Assembly: GCF_030384885.1 (NCBI RefSeq)
Contig: NZ_CP128613.1
Direction: 5' to 3' (one strand)
DNA length: 64,000 nt
Source of the DNA: Escherichia coli
GTDB lineage: Bacteria > Pseudomonadota > Gammaproteobacteria > Enterobacterales > Enterobacteriaceae
Part shown: positions 46,314-57,787 of the stretch, in pieces
Position numbering within the stretch: position 1 is the stretch's first letter
Layout of the letters: the number at the start of each line of letters is the position of its first letter
Program-made: the position numbers and the translations under genes
Notes under the pieces: generated by a model
The model's input: only the letters and a program-made list of their open reading frames with translations
Database searches by the model: none
What the model was told of the DNA's origin: nothing

Positions 46314-46604
46314 CTATTCCATCAACTGCTTACTTAACGCTGGGTTAGCTTGAATCAGACGCATCAATTTTAGTTCGGCACTTGAAGGCTTAACGCGTCG
46401 GGATTCCCATTCCTTTACCATGGCGACGGAAACGCCCAAAACCCGAGCGAAATCATCGATTTTTAACCCCGTACCTTTACGTAACTGCTCAATCTCGGTA
46501 CAGGACGTTGTTCTATGCGTCAGAGTAATCTTCTGCGTTTCATCTTTAAAAACAATCTGTTCCAGGCTGCTCAACAGCTCATGCATGGGATCTTTATATT
46601 CCAT
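46314..46604 (-). CDS. yiaG: XRE-family HTH transcriptional regulator YiaG
   Basis: 96-aa ORF with HTH (IDDFARVLGVSVAMVKEWE). Confidence 0.85.
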   Translation of the reverse strand: MEYKDPMHELLSSLEQIVFKDETQKITLTHRTTSCTEIEQLRKGTGLKIDDFARVLGVSVAMVKEWESRRVKPSSAELKLMRLIQANPALSKQLME

Positions 46605-47037
46605 TGAAAACTCCTCAAATCACACTGCGGGATCGTGAATTGCATCGAAGCTCATTAAGAATAGTCGGGAAAAGCAGACACAGCGGGAGTAAGGCAGGGC
46701 ATGCTCTGCCTGTGATTCGATTCAGCCTGACACTTAGCGTGACTTATAGCGACCTAACGATCTGATAAATGCCGATATATCTTTTACCACTCCGGGATTG
46801 TAAAGATTTCGAAAATATGGCGTTCTGTAAAGACGTAAATCTCTGGCTAGAAAAAAGGCAACTGCAATGTCATTTTTTATCAATGAAACAACAAATTAAC
46901 CTTGTTTCGTTTTCTCCATTATTTTACCAGGAAGATTACGTAGAAAGGGTATCCTGCAAGCCTGTCCTGGACTATCCTTGTCACGTCAGACACGCGTGTG
47001 TCGTTGTGCGCTTTTTTTGGGTGAAAGGAGTAAGAAA

Positions 47038-47748
47038 ATGGCGACAGGAAAGTCCTGCTCTCGCTGGTTTGCGCCTCTTGCGGCGTTATTAATGGTAGTT
47101 AGCCTGAGTGGGTGTTTTGATAAAGAAGGCGATCAGCGTAAAGCGTTTATCGACTTCCTGCAGAATACAGTGATGCGTAGCGGTGAACGTCTACCAACCC
47201 TGACTGCCGATCAGAAAAAACAGTTTGGTCCTTTTGTCTCTGATTACGCGATTCTGTATGGTTATTCACAGCAGGTGAATCAGGCGATGGATTCCGGTCT
47301 GCGCCCGGTTGTAGACAGCGTTAACGCAATTCGCGTACCGCAGGATTACGTTACGCAAAGCGGCCCACTGCGTGAAATGAACGGTTCTCTGGGTGTGCTG
47401 GCGCAACAGCTGCAAAATGCGAAGTTGCAGGCCGATGCTGCGCACTCTGCGCTAAAACAGAGCGATGACCTGAAACCGGTCTTTGATCAGGCATTCACCA
47501 AAGTGGTAACGACGCCAGCTGATGCTTTGCAACCGTTGATTCCGGCGGCACAAACTTTCACGCAACAACTGGTGATGGTTGGAGATTACATTGCTCAGCA
47601 AGGTACTCAGGTGAGTTTTGTCGCAAATGGCATCCAGTTCCCGACTTCGCAGCAGGCAAGTGAATATAACAAACTGATTGCGCCATTACCGGCACAGCAT
47701 CAGGCGTTTAATCAGGCCTGGACTACAGCAGTCACTGCAACCCAATAA
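47038..47748 (+). CDS. yiaF: Lipoprotein YiaF (DUF3053)
   Basis: Start at ATG 47038 (MATGKSCSRWFAPLAALLMVVSLSGC, RBS aaaggag) giving 236 aa; lipobox. Confidence 0.88.
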   Translation: MATGKSCSRWFAPLAALLMVVSLSGCFDKEGDQRKAFIDFLQNTVMRSGERLPTLTADQKKQFGPFVSDYAILYGYSQQVNQAMDSGLRPVVDSVNAIRVPQDYVTQSGPLREMNGSLGVLAQQLQNAKLQADAAHSALKQSDDLKPVFDQAFTKVVTTPADALQPLIPAAQTFTQQLVMVGDYIAQQGTQVSFVANGIQFPTSQQASEYNKLIAPLPAQHQAFNQAWTTAVTATQ

Positions 47749-47796
47749 AGAGTAAAAGCCCGAGCGATTATCGGGCTTTACTTCCCGCAGTCGCGG

Positions 47797-48771
47797 TTAT
47801 TCCGCGACGTGCGGATTCACACAGTTCTTCTCAACTTTTCCCTGTAACGCATTAATCAAATTATCCACGGCGCAGGCGGCCATGCCATAACGCGTCTCAT
47901 GAGTGGCTGAACCAATATGCGGTACCGCGACGACATTTGCCATTGAGAGCAACGGCGAATCTACAGACAGTGGCTCTTGTTCGAATACATCCAGCCCGGC
48001 AGCGTGAATTTCCCCTTTCTGCAATGCTGCAATCAGTGCATTTTCGTCAACCACTGGACCACGTCCGGCATTAATGAAAATGGCGGAGGATTTCATTTTG
48101 GCGAATTGTTCTGCGCCAAACAGATGATGCGTTTCATCAGTTAACGGCAGGATCAGGCAAACGAAATCTGACTCTTGTAACAGTGTATCCAAATCGCAGT
48201 AGCGGGCGTTGAAGCGTTCTTCTGCTTCTTTATGGTGGCGGCGCGCGTTATAGAGGATGGGCATATTGAAGCCAAAGTGCGCACGTTGTGCCAGCGCCAT
48301 GCCGATCCGTCCCATCCCGATAATGCCCAGTGTTTTATGGTGAACGTCAGTGCCGTACCAGTCCGGGCCTATGCTCGCGGTCCATTCGCCTGCTTTTACC
48401 CGTTCTGCTACCTCCACAACCCGACGAGCGGTAGACAACACCAGCGCCATCAGCGTATCGGCGACGGTTTCCGTTAATACGGTTGGCGTGTGCATCAGCA
48501 GGATTTTTCGAGCATTAAGGGCATCGACATCAAAATTGTCATAGCCTACGGAGATCGTTGATGTGGCCCGCAGTTTCGGCATTTTTTCCAGCAATGCGGC
48601 ATCAACATTCTCATTTGAACCCAGTAAACCTTCAGCTTCGGCAAAAATTGCTGCATTTTGTTCGATGGTTTGTGGGCTGAGGTTTGCCACCTGATGAACG
48701 GTGAAATGCTCTTGCAGGCGTTGCAGTAAATCATCAGGTAAGGCTTTGTAGAGGATAACGGACGGCTTCAT
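47797..48771 (-). CDS. ghrB: Glyoxylate/hydroxypyruvate reductase B (2-ketoaldonate reductase)
   Basis: Start at ATG 48771 (MKPSVILYK) giving 324 aa; D-isomer 2-hydroxyacid dehydrogenase family. Confidence 0.9.
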   Translation of the reverse strand: MKPSVILYKALPDDLLQRLQEHFTVHQVANLSPQTIEQNAAIFAEAEGLLGSNENVDAALLEKMPKLRATSTISVGYDNFDVDALNARKILLMHTPTVLTETVADTLMALVLSTARRVVEVAERVKAGEWTASIGPDWYGTDVHHKTLGIIGMGRIGMALAQRAHFGFNMPILYNARRHHKEAEERFNARYCDLDTLLQESDFVCLILPLTDETHHLFGAEQFAKMKSSAIFINAGRGPVVDENALIAALQKGEIHAAGLDVFEQEPLSVDSPLLSMANVVAVPHIGSATHETRYGMAACAVDNLINALQGKVEKNCVNPHVAE

Positions 48772-48874
48772 TCTTCTCTCCATTCACTGATAAGGCGATC
48801 ACCTTAGCCTGAAATATGATGAAGGAAAACTGAAGAATGCCAGGTGATTTTTGCATCACCTGGCATGAAAGGGA

Positions 48875-49534
48875 TTACAGCGGGCTTAAGGTAATTTCTA
48901 CACGGCGGTTTTGCGCCTTACCTTCTGCGGTGCTGTTGCTGGCGATTGGGTTAGCCGGGCCAAGGCCCTGAGTACGGATGCGGCTGGCGTCCACGCCCTG
49001 GGTGATCAACGCGCTGGCAACGGAATCCGCACGCTGCTGGGAGAGACGCATGTTCAGGTCGTGACCACCCGTGCTGTCGGTATAACCAATCACGTTAACC
49101 GCCGTTTTCGGATACTCTTTCAGCACCATTGCCACGCCGGTTAGGGTGTTAGCGCCTGCCGGTTTCAGGGTCGCGCTGCTGCTGTCGAAGGTTACATTGT
49201 TCGGCATATTGAGGATAATGTTATCCCCGCTGCGGGTTACGCTAACACCAGTGCCGCGCATTTTGTCACGTAGCTTCGCTTCCTGCACATCCATGTAATA
49301 ACCAACGCCGCCGCCCAGAGCTGCACCCGCTGCTGCGCCAATCAGCGCGCCTTTACCGCGATCTTTCTTCGAAGAAGAGAGCGCACCAATACCCGCGCCA
49401 ACGAGAGAGCCCAGACCTGCACCGATAGCAGATTTACCTGCTTCGCGTTCACCTGTGTAAGGGTTAGTGGTGCAGCCAGATACCGCCAGAGCGCCACTCA
49501 CTACGGCGGCAATAAGATAAACACGTTTCTTCAT
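48875..49534 (-). CDS. yiaD: OmpA-domain outer membrane lipoprotein YiaD
   Basis: 219-aa ORF, lipobox AVSGC, C-terminal OmpA-like domain. Confidence 0.9.
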   Translation of the reverse strand: MKKRVYLIAAVVSGALAVSGCTTNPYTGEREAGKSAIGAGLGSLVGAGIGALSSSKKDRGKGALIGAAAGAALGGGVGYYMDVQEAKLRDKMRGTGVSVTRSGDNIILNMPNNVTFDSSSATLKPAGANTLTGVAMVLKEYPKTAVNVIGYTDSTGGHDLNMRLSQQRADSVASALITQGVDASRIRTQGLGPANPIASNSTAEGKAQNRRVEITLSPL

Positions 49535-49686
49535 TGTTAATCCTTAATAACCTTTTTATTCTTTGCCACGGGTTCCGTGGCGGGAGATTATGCCGCGTGA
49601 ACATGAAGATTATTCCTGGGAATACTCGGAAATTTGTAAGTAATATTTAACTGCTCAATACATCTAACCTTTCAGGAGCCTTCGGT

Positions 49687-52020
49687 TTGGCCAACTCATC
49701 CTCACGATATTCCGTTCTGACTGCCGCTCACTGGGGGCCCATGCTGGTTGAAACCGACGGCGAAACCGTGCTTAGCTCGCGTGGCGCGTTAGCCACAGGA
49801 ATGGAAAACTCCTTGCAGAGCGCGGTTCGCGACCAGGTTCACAGTAATACGCGGGTACGATTTCCAATGGTGCGCAAAGGCTTTCTTGCGTCACCGGAAA
49901 ACCCGCAAGGCATTCGTGGGCAGGATGAATTTGTTCGTGTGAGTTGGGATGAGGCGCTGGAGCTTATTCACCAACAACATAAACGTATTCGTGAGGCTTA
50001 TGGTCCGGCATCGATTTTTGCTGGTTCCTACGGCTGGCGTTCAAACGGCGTGCTGCATAAGGCCTCGACATTATTACAACGCTATATGGCGCTGGCAGGC
50101 GGTTATACCGGGCATCTGGGGGATTATTCGACCGGTGCAGCACAGGCGATCATGCCGTATGTCGTGGGGGGCAGCGAAGTTTATCAACAGCAAACCAGTT
50201 GGCCGTTGGTATTGGAACATAGCGATGTCGTGGTGCTATGGAGTGCTAACCCACTCAATACGCTGAAAATTGCGTGGAATGCATCCGATGAGCAGGGGCT
50301 TTCTTACTTTTCCGCACTGCGTGACAGCGGGAAAAAGCTGATCTGCATTGATCCAATGCGATCGGAAACCGTCGATTTCTTTGGCGATAAAATGGAGTGG
50401 GTGGCACCGCACATGGGCACCGATGTTGCGCTGATGCTGGGGATCGCCCATACGCTGGTGGAAAATGGCTGGCACGACGAAGCGTTTCTGGCGCGTTGCA
50501 CCACAGGTTATGACGTCTTCGCCTCTTATTTGCTGGGCGAGAGTGACGGAATAGCGAAAAATGCCGAATGGGCGGCAGAGATTTGTGGGATTAACGCAGA
50601 GAAAATCCGCGAACTGGCGGCTATTTTTCATCAAAATACCACCATGCTGATGGCTGGCTGGGGAATGCAGCGCCAGCAGTTTGGTGAGCAAAAACACTGG
50701 ATGATCGTCACCCTGGCAGCAATGTTAGGGCAAATCGGCACGCCTGGCGGGGGCTTTGGTCTTTCTTACCATTTTGCCAATGGTGGTAACCCTACGCGCC
50801 GCGCTGCGGTGCTTTCATCTATGCAGGGCAGCTTGCCAGGTGGCACCGATGCGGTAGATAAAATCCCTGTAGCCCGTATGGTTGAAGCTCTGGAAAACCC
50901 TGGCGGTGCATACCAACACAATGGCATGAACCGTCACTTCCCGGATATTCGTTTTATCTGGTGGGCGGGCGGCGCCAACTTTACTCATCATCAGGATACC
51001 AATCGCCTGATTCGTGCCTGGCAAAAACCGGAGCTGGTGGTGATCTCCGAATGCTTCTGGACGGCAGCGGCGAAACACGCCGATATCGTCCTCCCTGCAA
51101 CCACCTCGTTTGAGCGTAATGACCTCACCATGACCGGCGATTACAGTAATCAGCATCTGGTGCCGATGAAGCAAGTGGTGCCTCCACGTGATGAAGCGCG
51201 TAATGATTTTGCTGTCTTTGCCGAGTTGAGTGAACGTTGGGAGAAGGGCGGCTATGCGCGGTTTACGGAAGGAAAAAGTGAGCTGCAATGGCTGGAAACG
51301 TTTTATAACGTTGCACGGCAGCGCGGGGCAAGCCAGCAGGTTGAATTGCCGCCATTTGCTGAGTTCTGGGAAGCCAACCAGTTAATTGAGATGCCGGAAA
51401 ACCCGGACAGCGAGCGGTTTATTCGCTTCGCCGATTTTCGCCGCGATCCGCAGGCGCATCCATTAAAAACCGCCAGCGGCAAGATTGAAATCTTCTCGCA
51501 GCGTATTGCCGATTACGCTTATCCGGATTGCCCTGGGCATCCAATGTGGCTGGAGCCGGACGAATGGCAGGGCAATGCCGAACCGGAACAGTTGCAGGTA
51601 CTTTCTGCTCATCCGGCACATCGTCTGCACAGCCAGCTGAATTACAGTTCTCTGCGCGAATTGTACGCGGTGGCAAATCGTGAGCCTGTCACCATTCATC
51701 CTGACGATGCCCAGGCGCGCGGCATACAAGATGGCGATATTGTTCGGTTGTGGAACGCACGCGGGCAAATTCTTGCCGGAGCGGTCATTAGCGAGGGAAT
51801 TAAACCTGGCGTGATTTGCATTCATGAAGGGGCATGGCCGGATCTGGATTTAACCGCTGACGGTATTTGTAAAAACGGCGCGGTGAACGTTCTGACCAAA
51901 GATCTCCCCAGCTCGCGGCTGGGGAATGGCTGTGCGGGTAATACGGCGCTGGCATGGCTGGAAAAATACAACGGTCCGGAACTGACACTTACAGCGTTTG
52001 AACCACCGGCCAGCTCATAA
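49687..52020 (+). CDS. bisC: Biotin sulfoxide reductase (molybdopterin oxidoreductase)
   Basis: 777-aa ORF beginning at TTG 49687 with AGGAG about 10 nt upstream; recognised. Confidence 0.88.
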   Translation: MANSSSRYSVLTAAHWGPMLVETDGETVLSSRGALATGMENSLQSAVRDQVHSNTRVRFPMVRKGFLASPENPQGIRGQDEFVRVSWDEALELIHQQHKRIREAYGPASIFAGSYGWRSNGVLHKASTLLQRYMALAGGYTGHLGDYSTGAAQAIMPYVVGGSEVYQQQTSWPLVLEHSDVVVLWSANPLNTLKIAWNASDEQGLSYFSALRDSGKKLICIDPMRSETVDFFGDKMEWVAPHMGTDVALMLGIAHTLVENGWHDEAFLARCTTGYDVFASYLLGESDGIAKNAEWAAEICGINAEKIRELAAIFHQNTTMLMAGWGMQRQQFGEQKHWMIVTLAAMLGQIGTPGGGFGLSYHFANGGNPTRRAAVLSSMQGSLPGGTDAVDKIPVARMVEALENPGGAYQHNGMNRHFPDIRFIWWAGGANFTHHQDTNRLIRAWQKPELVVISECFWTAAAKHADIVLPATTSFERNDLTMTGDYSNQHLVPMKQVVPPRDEARNDFAVFAELSERWEKGGYARFTEGKSELQWLETFYNVARQRGASQQVELPPFAEFWEANQLIEMPENPDSERFIRFADFRRDPQAHPLKTASGKIEIFSQRIADYAYPDCPGHPMWLEPDEWQGNAEPEQLQVLSAHPAHRLHSQLNYSSLRELYAVANREPVTIHPDDAQARGIQDGDIVRLWNARGQILAGAVISEGIKPGVICIHEGAWPDLDLTADGICKNGAVNVLTKDLPSSRLGNGCAGNTALAWLEKYNGPELTLTAFEPPASS

Positions 52021-52429
52021 TCCAGGTGGGTAGTTGGGTTTCATCCTGCCATGCGCAGTCGACAATGTGAAAACCCTGCGCATGGTAAAAATCTATCGCC
52101 GGTTGATTTTTTTGATAAACCTCCAGCATCAGATGGGGATGGCGCTGCTGCACATACTGCATTAGCGCCTTACCAATACCGCGTCTGACGGCCTTCGGTG
52201 CGACAAACATTGCAGCCAGAAATCGGCCTTCCATAATGCTGACAAAACCGAGAAGCTTACCGTCTTCTTCCCAGACCCAGTTTTGCGCGTTGGCAAGATA
52301 GGCATCCCGCACCAGCGGAATGCAATCACGCCAGTAATTCGCTTTTATAAAGGGATGCCCCCAGGTTGTACTTTCCAGCCACAATTCGAGGATCGCGGGG
52401 AGTTCTGAACGTTGCGCTTCCCGAATCAT
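51989..52429 (-). CDS. yiaC: GNAT-family N-acetyltransferase YiaC
   Basis: 146-aa ORF; 3' end overlaps the bisC 3' end by 32 bp (convergent). Confidence 0.88.
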   Translation of the reverse strand: MIREAQRSELPAILELWLESTTWGHPFIKANYWRDCIPLVRDAYLANAQNWVWEEDGKLLGFVSIMEGRFLAAMFVAPKAVRRGIGKALMQYVQQRHPHLMLEVYQKNQPAIDFYHAQGFHIVDCAWQDETQLPTWIMSWPVVQTL

Positions 52430-52989
52430 GGTTTATTTCCCGGATAGCAACAGCAGCCAACCACATGATCATTCACCAGCCCACATGCCTGCATAAAGGA
52501 GTAACAGATTGTGGTACCAACAAACTTAAAACCACGCTTTTTCAGGGCTTTAGATAGAGCGTCGGAGGCGGGCGTAGATGTAGGGATTTCGCTCAACGTT
52601 GTGGCTTGTGTCACCTGTGGTTGATGATTGACAAACGACCAAACAAAGTCGGCAAACGGTTCGCCGTTCTGTTCCATTTGCAGGTACGCTCGCGCATTGC
52701 CAATAATTGCCTGAATTTTCCCGCGATGGCGGATAATCCCGGCGTCCTGTACCAGTCTTTCGACGTCCTCTTCCTGCATTGCAGCCACCTTCACCGGATC
52801 GAACTGATGAAAGCTGGCGCGATAGTTTTCGCGTTTTTTGAGGACGGTGATCCACGATAATCCAGCCTGCTGCCCTTCAAGGCAGATCATTTCGAACAGT
52901 TTTTTACTGTCAGTTTCAGGCACGCCCCATTCATTATCATGGTAGGCAATATAAAGCGGGTCCTGACTCACCCAGCCGCAACGTTCCAT
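52426..52989 (-). CDS. tag: DNA-3-methyladenine glycosylase I
   Basis: Start at ATG 52989 (MERCGWVSQDPLYIAYHDNEWG, RBS agggaa) giving 187 aa. Confidence 0.92.
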   Translation of the reverse strand: MERCGWVSQDPLYIAYHDNEWGVPETDSKKLFEMICLEGQQAGLSWITVLKKRENYRASFHQFDPVKVAAMQEEDVERLVQDAGIIRHRGKIQAIIGNARAYLQMEQNGEPFADFVWSFVNHQPQVTQATTLSEIPTSTPASDALSKALKKRGFKFVGTTICYSFMQACGLVNDHVVGCCCYPGNKP

Positions 52990-53146
52990 ACTTTCCCTCG
53001 CTATGTACCCGATCGTAAAAATTTCAGCCGCTTTTCTTGACGCATCGGTGAAAAAGTCAATATTTAATACAGGGCTACTATGCCCGATATCCTTCATACA
53101 ATGACAATAATATTGCCGAATTCGGCTCTTCCCTGGAGTCGTGTTA

Positions 53147-53845
53147 ATGATCATAAAAAAAAGCGGTGGTCGCTGACAGTTAAGCCTGCTGGCGAGCGTG
53201 GTAATCAGTGCCTTTTTTCTCAACACAGCTTACGCCTGGCAACAAGAATATATCGTTGATACGCAACCCGGACATTCCACAGAGCGCTACACCTGGGATA
53301 GCGATCATCAACCTGATTACAACGATATTCTGTCGCAACGTATTCAAAGTAGCCAAAGGGCGCTGGGACTGGAAGTCAATCTGGCGGAAGAAACCCCTGT
53401 GGATGTGACCAGCAGTATGAGTATGGGCTGGAATTTTCCTTTATATGAACAGGTTACAACCGGCCCGGTCGCGGCATTACATTACGATGGTACAACCACC
53501 TCGATGTATAACGAGTTTGGCGACAGTACTACTACACTGACTGATCCGTTATGGCATGCCAGTGTGAGTACCTTAGGCTGGCGTGTTGACTCCCGGCTTG
53601 GCGATCTCCGACCCTGGGCGCAAATCAGCTATAACCAGCAATTTGGCGAGAATATCTGGAAGGCGCAATCAGGCTTAAGCCGGATGACGGCGACAAACCA
53701 GAACGGCAACTGGCTGGATGTCACGGTAGGTGCTGATATGTTGCTCAATCAAAATATTGCCGCCTACGCTGCGTTATCTCAGGCAGAAAATACCACGAAC
53801 AATAATGACTATCTGTATACGATGGGGGTTAGTGCCAGATTTTAA
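53147..53845 (+). pseudogene. yhjY: yhjY (autotransporter beta-domain protein) with in-frame TGA at codon 10 (53174-53176); possible pseudogene or reinitiation at GTG 53198
   Basis: ATG 53147 to stop 53845 is 232 codons in one frame except the TGA; reading TGA as a sense codon restores a canonical signal peptide MIIKKSGGR-x-QLSLLASVVISAFFLNTAYA. Confidence 0.65.
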
Positions 53846-54073
53846 CGTTATAGAAACAATTGAAACCCATAAATAACAACTAATGTGGCGATAGTGGGGA
53901 CTAACTTACTAAATAATAAATTTGGTGAATAATTGTCGAGTCATTCATTCCTGAACTAATGCATTTCATTCCGTTCTGATGGCATTTCATGCCGTTTTTC
54001 CCCAGGCATAAAGTGCACTTCGTTATGGTTGTCAGCAGAGATTTTTCCTTTTTATTACTGCAGGAATACTGCC

Positions 54074-55282
54074 ATGACACCTTCAAATTATCAGCGTACT
54101 CGCTGGCTGACACTCATCGGTACTATCATTACCCAGTTTGCCCTGGGGTCGGTTTATACCTGGAGTCTGTTTAACGGCGCGCTTTCTGCCAAGCTGGGGG
54201 CTCCGGTAAGCCAGGTTGCTTTCTCTTTCGGCTTGTTAAGTCTGGGGCTGGCAATTTCGTCTTCTGTTGCGGGCAAATTGCAAGAACGTTTTGGTGTTAA
54301 ACGCGTCACTATGGCTTCCGGCATTTTGCTGGGATTAGGTTTCTTCCTGACAGCACATTCCAACAACCTGATGATGCTGTGGTTAAGCGCCGGTGTGTTG
54401 GTTGGTCTGGCGGATGGTGCGGGTTACCTGTTGACGCTCTCTAACTGCGTGAAGTGGTTCCCGGAGCGTAAGGGACTCATCTCTGCTTTCGCTATTGGTT
54501 CTTATGGACTTGGTAGTCTGGGTTTCAAATTTATCGATACGCAACTGTTGGAAACGGTCGGTCTGGAAAAAACCTTTGTTATTTGGGGCGCGATTGTACT
54601 GGTGATGATTATCTTTGGCGCAACGTTAATGAAAGATGCGCCGAAACAGGAAGTGAAAACCAGCAATGGTGTGGTGGAGAAGGATTACACGCTGGCAGAG
54701 TCGATGCGTAAACCGCAGTACTGGATGTTAGCAGTTATGTTCCTGACTGCCTGCATGAGTGGCCTGTATGTGATTGGCGTGGCGAAAGATATCGCTCAAA
54801 GTCTGGCGCATCTTGATGCAATTTCCGCAGCCAATGCTGTGACGGTTATTTCCATCGCCAACCTTTCTGGTCGTCTGGTGCTGGGCATTCTGTCTGACAA
54901 AATCGCCCGTATCCGTGTTATCACCATTGGTCAGGTCATTTCGCTGGTGGGCATGGCGGCCCTGCTGTTTGCACCATTGAATGCAGTGACGTTCTTTGCA
55001 GCGATTGCCTGCGTGGCATTTAACTTCGGCGGCACTATCACGGTGTTCCCGTCACTGGTCAGTGAGTTCTTCGGCCTAAATAATCTGGCAAAAAACTACG
55101 GTGTGATTTACCTCGGTTTCGGAATCGGCAGCATTTGTGGTTCGATTATCGCTTCACTGTTTGGCGGATTCTATGTGACATTCTACGTGATTTTCGCCCT
55201 GCTGATTCTGTCACTGGCGCTTTCTACGACGATTCGCCAGCCAGAGCAGAAAATGTTGCGTGAGGCGCATGGCTCCCTTTAA
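54074..55282 (+). CDS. yhjX: MFS transporter YhjX (oxalate/formate antiporter family)
   Basis: Start at ATG 54074 (MTPSNYQRTRWLTL) giving 402 aa. Confidence 0.9.
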   Translation: MTPSNYQRTRWLTLIGTIITQFALGSVYTWSLFNGALSAKLGAPVSQVAFSFGLLSLGLAISSSVAGKLQERFGVKRVTMASGILLGLGFFLTAHSNNLMMLWLSAGVLVGLADGAGYLLTLSNCVKWFPERKGLISAFAIGSYGLGSLGFKFIDTQLLETVGLEKTFVIWGAIVLVMIIFGATLMKDAPKQEVKTSNGVVEKDYTLAESMRKPQYWMLAVMFLTACMSGLYVIGVAKDIAQSLAHLDAISAANAVTVISIANLSGRLVLGILSDKIARIRVITIGQVISLVGMAALLFAPLNAVTFFAAIACVAFNFGGTITVFPSLVSEFFGLNNLAKNYGVIYLGFGIGSICGSIIASLFGGFYVTFYVIFALLILSLALSTTIRQPEQKMLREAHGSL

Positions 55283-55605
55283 TGACCTGCCGCGAGCTAC
55301 TGGGCTTTAGCCTTAGTGTGAATCAAACGCTTCAACGCAATGTATAAACAATGACGCGTAAAATTTGGGCCAGTGAACTGGCCCTTTTTACTGCTTTTTG
55401 TAACGCTAAAGTCTCTTTTCAAACTTGCATTTTTGTAAATTTGTGCTTCATGCACACTCTTTCCCCACACTTTTTCCCTTTGCTGTGGTCTACTTATTCG
55501 CGCGTGTAGATTTTACTTATCTGACTACCTCCGCACTTTTCCCCTGCCGGGCCTGAAAAGCCACTAAGCAGGGTGTTATCACCTGTTTGTCCAGGGTTTG
55601 TTTGC

Positions 55606-57297
55606 ATGAGATACATCAAATCGATTACACAGCAGAAGCTGAGCTTTTTGCTTGCAATCTATATTGGCCTTTTTATGAATGGCGCGGTTTTTTACCGCCG
55701 CTTCGGCAGCTATGCGCACGATTTTACCGTCTGGAAAGGCGTTTCTGCTGTTGTTGAACTGGTCGCTACCGTACTGGTGACCTTCTTTTTACTGCGTCTG
55801 CTTTCGCTGTTTGGCCGCCGCAGCTGGCGAATTCTGGCATCGCTGGTGGTGCTCTTTTCTGCAGGTGCCAGCTATTACATGACTTTCCTTAATGTGGTCA
55901 TTGGTTATGGCATCATCGCATCCGTCATGACCACCGATATCGACCTGTCAAAAGAAGTTGTTGGTCTGAACTTTATTCTCTGGTTAATCGCCGTAAGCGC
56001 ATTGCCTCTTATCCTTATCTGGAATAACCGCTGTCGCTACACCTTGCTCCGACAACTGCGAACCCCAGGGCAACGTATTCGGAGTCTGGCGGTCGTCGTA
56101 CTGGCAGGTATTATGGTTTGGGCACCGATTCGTTTGCTGGATATCCAGCAGAAGAAAGTGGAGAGGGCGACAGGTGTTGATTTGCCGAGTTATGGTGGCG
56201 TTGTCGCGAACTCTTATCTGCCATCAAACTGGCTTTCGGCGTTAGGTCTTTATGCCTGGGCGCGGGTCGATGAATCTTCCGATAACAATTCTCTCCTTAA
56301 CCCTGCGAAGAAGTTTACGTACCAGGCTCCACAAAACGTTGATGATACATATGTCGTTTTCATTATTGGTGAAACCACGCGCTGGGATCATATGGGCATT
56401 TTCGGCTATGAACGCAATACCACACCGAAACTGGCTCAGGAGAAAAATCTGGCGGCGTTTCGTGGCTATTCTTGTGACACGGCGACCAAACTTTCTCTGC
56501 GTTGCATGTTTGTGCGTCAGGGTGGAGCAGAAGATAATCCGCAGCGCACATTAAAAGAACAGAACATTTTCGCGGTATTGAAGCAGTTAGGATTCAGTTC
56601 TGATCTCTACGCTATGCAAAGCGAAATGTGGTTCTACAGCAATACGATGGCGGACAATATTGCTTATCGTGAGCAGATTGGTGCGGAACCGCGTAACCGC
56701 GGCAAGCCGGTAGATGATATGTTGCTGGTAGACGAAATGCAGCAATCGCTGGGGCGTAACCCGGATGGTAAGCATCTGATCATTCTGCATACCAAGGGGT
56801 CGCACTTTAACTACACCCAGCGTTACCCGCGCAGCTTTGCGCAGTGGAAGCCAGAATGTATTGGTGTTGATAGCGGCTGTACCAAAGCGCAGATGATCAA
56901 CTCCTACGACAACTCGGTGACCTATGTGGATCACTTTATTTCCAGCGTGATTGATCAGGTTCGCGATAAGAAAGCGATTGTGTTCTACGCAGCTGACCAC
57001 GGTGAGTCAATTAATGAACGCGAGCACCTGCACGGCACACCGCGTGAACTGGCACCGCCGGAGCAGTTCCGCGTACCGATGATGGTCTGGATGTCGGATA
57101 AATATCTGGAAAATCCAGCCAACGCGCAGGCATTTGCGCAGCTGAAAAAAGAAGCCGACATGAAAGTGCCACGCCGTCACGTAGAGCTGTACGACACCAT
57201 CATGGGTTGTCTTGGCTATACTTCACCGGACGGTGGTATTAACGAAAACAACAACTGGTGCCACATCCCGCAGGCAAAAGAGGCAGCGGCTAACTAA
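55606..57297 (+). CDS. eptB: Kdo(2)-lipid A phosphoethanolamine transferase
   Basis: Start at ATG 55606 ([10 protein letters not shown]) giving 563 aa; N-terminal TM domain plus sulfatase-like domain. Confidence 0.9.
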   Translation: MRYIKSITQQKLSFLLAIYIGLFMNGAVFYRRFGSYAHDFTVWKGVSAVVELVATVLVTFFLLRLLSLFGRRSWRILASLVVLFSAGASYYMTFLNVVIGYGIIASVMTTDIDLSKEVVGLNFILWLIAVSALPLILIWNNRCRYTLLRQLRTPGQRIRSLAVVVLAGIMVWAPIRLLDIQQKKVERATGVDLPSYGGVVANSYLPSNWLSALGLYAWARVDESSDNNSLLNPAKKFTYQAPQNVDDTYVVFIIGETTRWDHMGIFGYERNTTPKLAQEKNLAAFRGYSCDTATKLSLRCMFVRQGGAEDNPQRTLKEQNIFAVLKQLGFSSDLYAMQSEMWFYSNTMADNIAYREQIGAEPRNRGKPVDDMLLVDEMQQSLGRNPDGKHLIILHTKGSHFNYTQRYPRSFAQWKPECIGVDSGCTKAQMINSYDNSVTYVDHFISSVIDQVRDKKAIVFYAADHGESINEREHLHGTPRELAPPEQFRVPMMVWMSDKYLENPANAQAFAQLKKEADMKVPRRHVELYDTIMGCLGYTSPDGGINENNNWCHIPQAKEAAAN

Positions 57298-57388
57298 GAA
57301 GCCTGCTGACTTTCTCGCCGATCAAAAGGCATTTTGCTATTAAGGGATTGACGAGGGCGTATCTGCGCAGTAAGATGCGCCCCGCATT

Positions 57389-57465
<77 letters not shown>

Positions 57466-57471
57466 AATTCG

Positions 57472-57500
57472 AAAAGCCTGCTCAGCGAGCAGGCTTTTTT
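57472..57500 (+). terminator. Rho-independent terminator of proK
   Basis: aaaagcctgctcagcgagcaggctttttt. Confidence 0.8.
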
Positions 57501-57515
57501 GCATTTGAAGCCCAT

Positions 57516-57787
57516 GAGGATGAGAACCTCCGGGGGCGGGGAGGTTCGACTCGAGCGAAGCGAGAGAACGTTGCGCCAGCAACGGCCCGCAGGGCGAGCC
57601 ACGAAGTGGCGAGTAATCCTCTATCACCGACCAATTTAGAAAAACCAGCCTACGGGCTGGTTTTTTGCTTTCTGCGACCTGAAGAGGATAAGAACCTCCG
57701 GGGGCAGGGAGGTTCGACTCGAGCAAAGCGAGAGAACGTTGTGGCAGCAACGGCCCGCAGTGGCGAGTAATCCTCTGGCACCGACCA
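57516..57787 (+). repeat. Two tandem degenerate repeat units (57516-57633 and 57681-57787), each ending in a tRNA-Pro 3'-end-like sequence, separated by a terminator-like hairpin (57640-57668)
   Basis: Units share gagaacctccggggg(c/a)ggggaggttcgactcgagc...gcgagagaacgttg...cagcaacggcccgcag...tggcgagtaatcctct(a/g)(t/g)caccgacca; final 19 nt resemble the proK 3' end. Confidence 0.7.
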
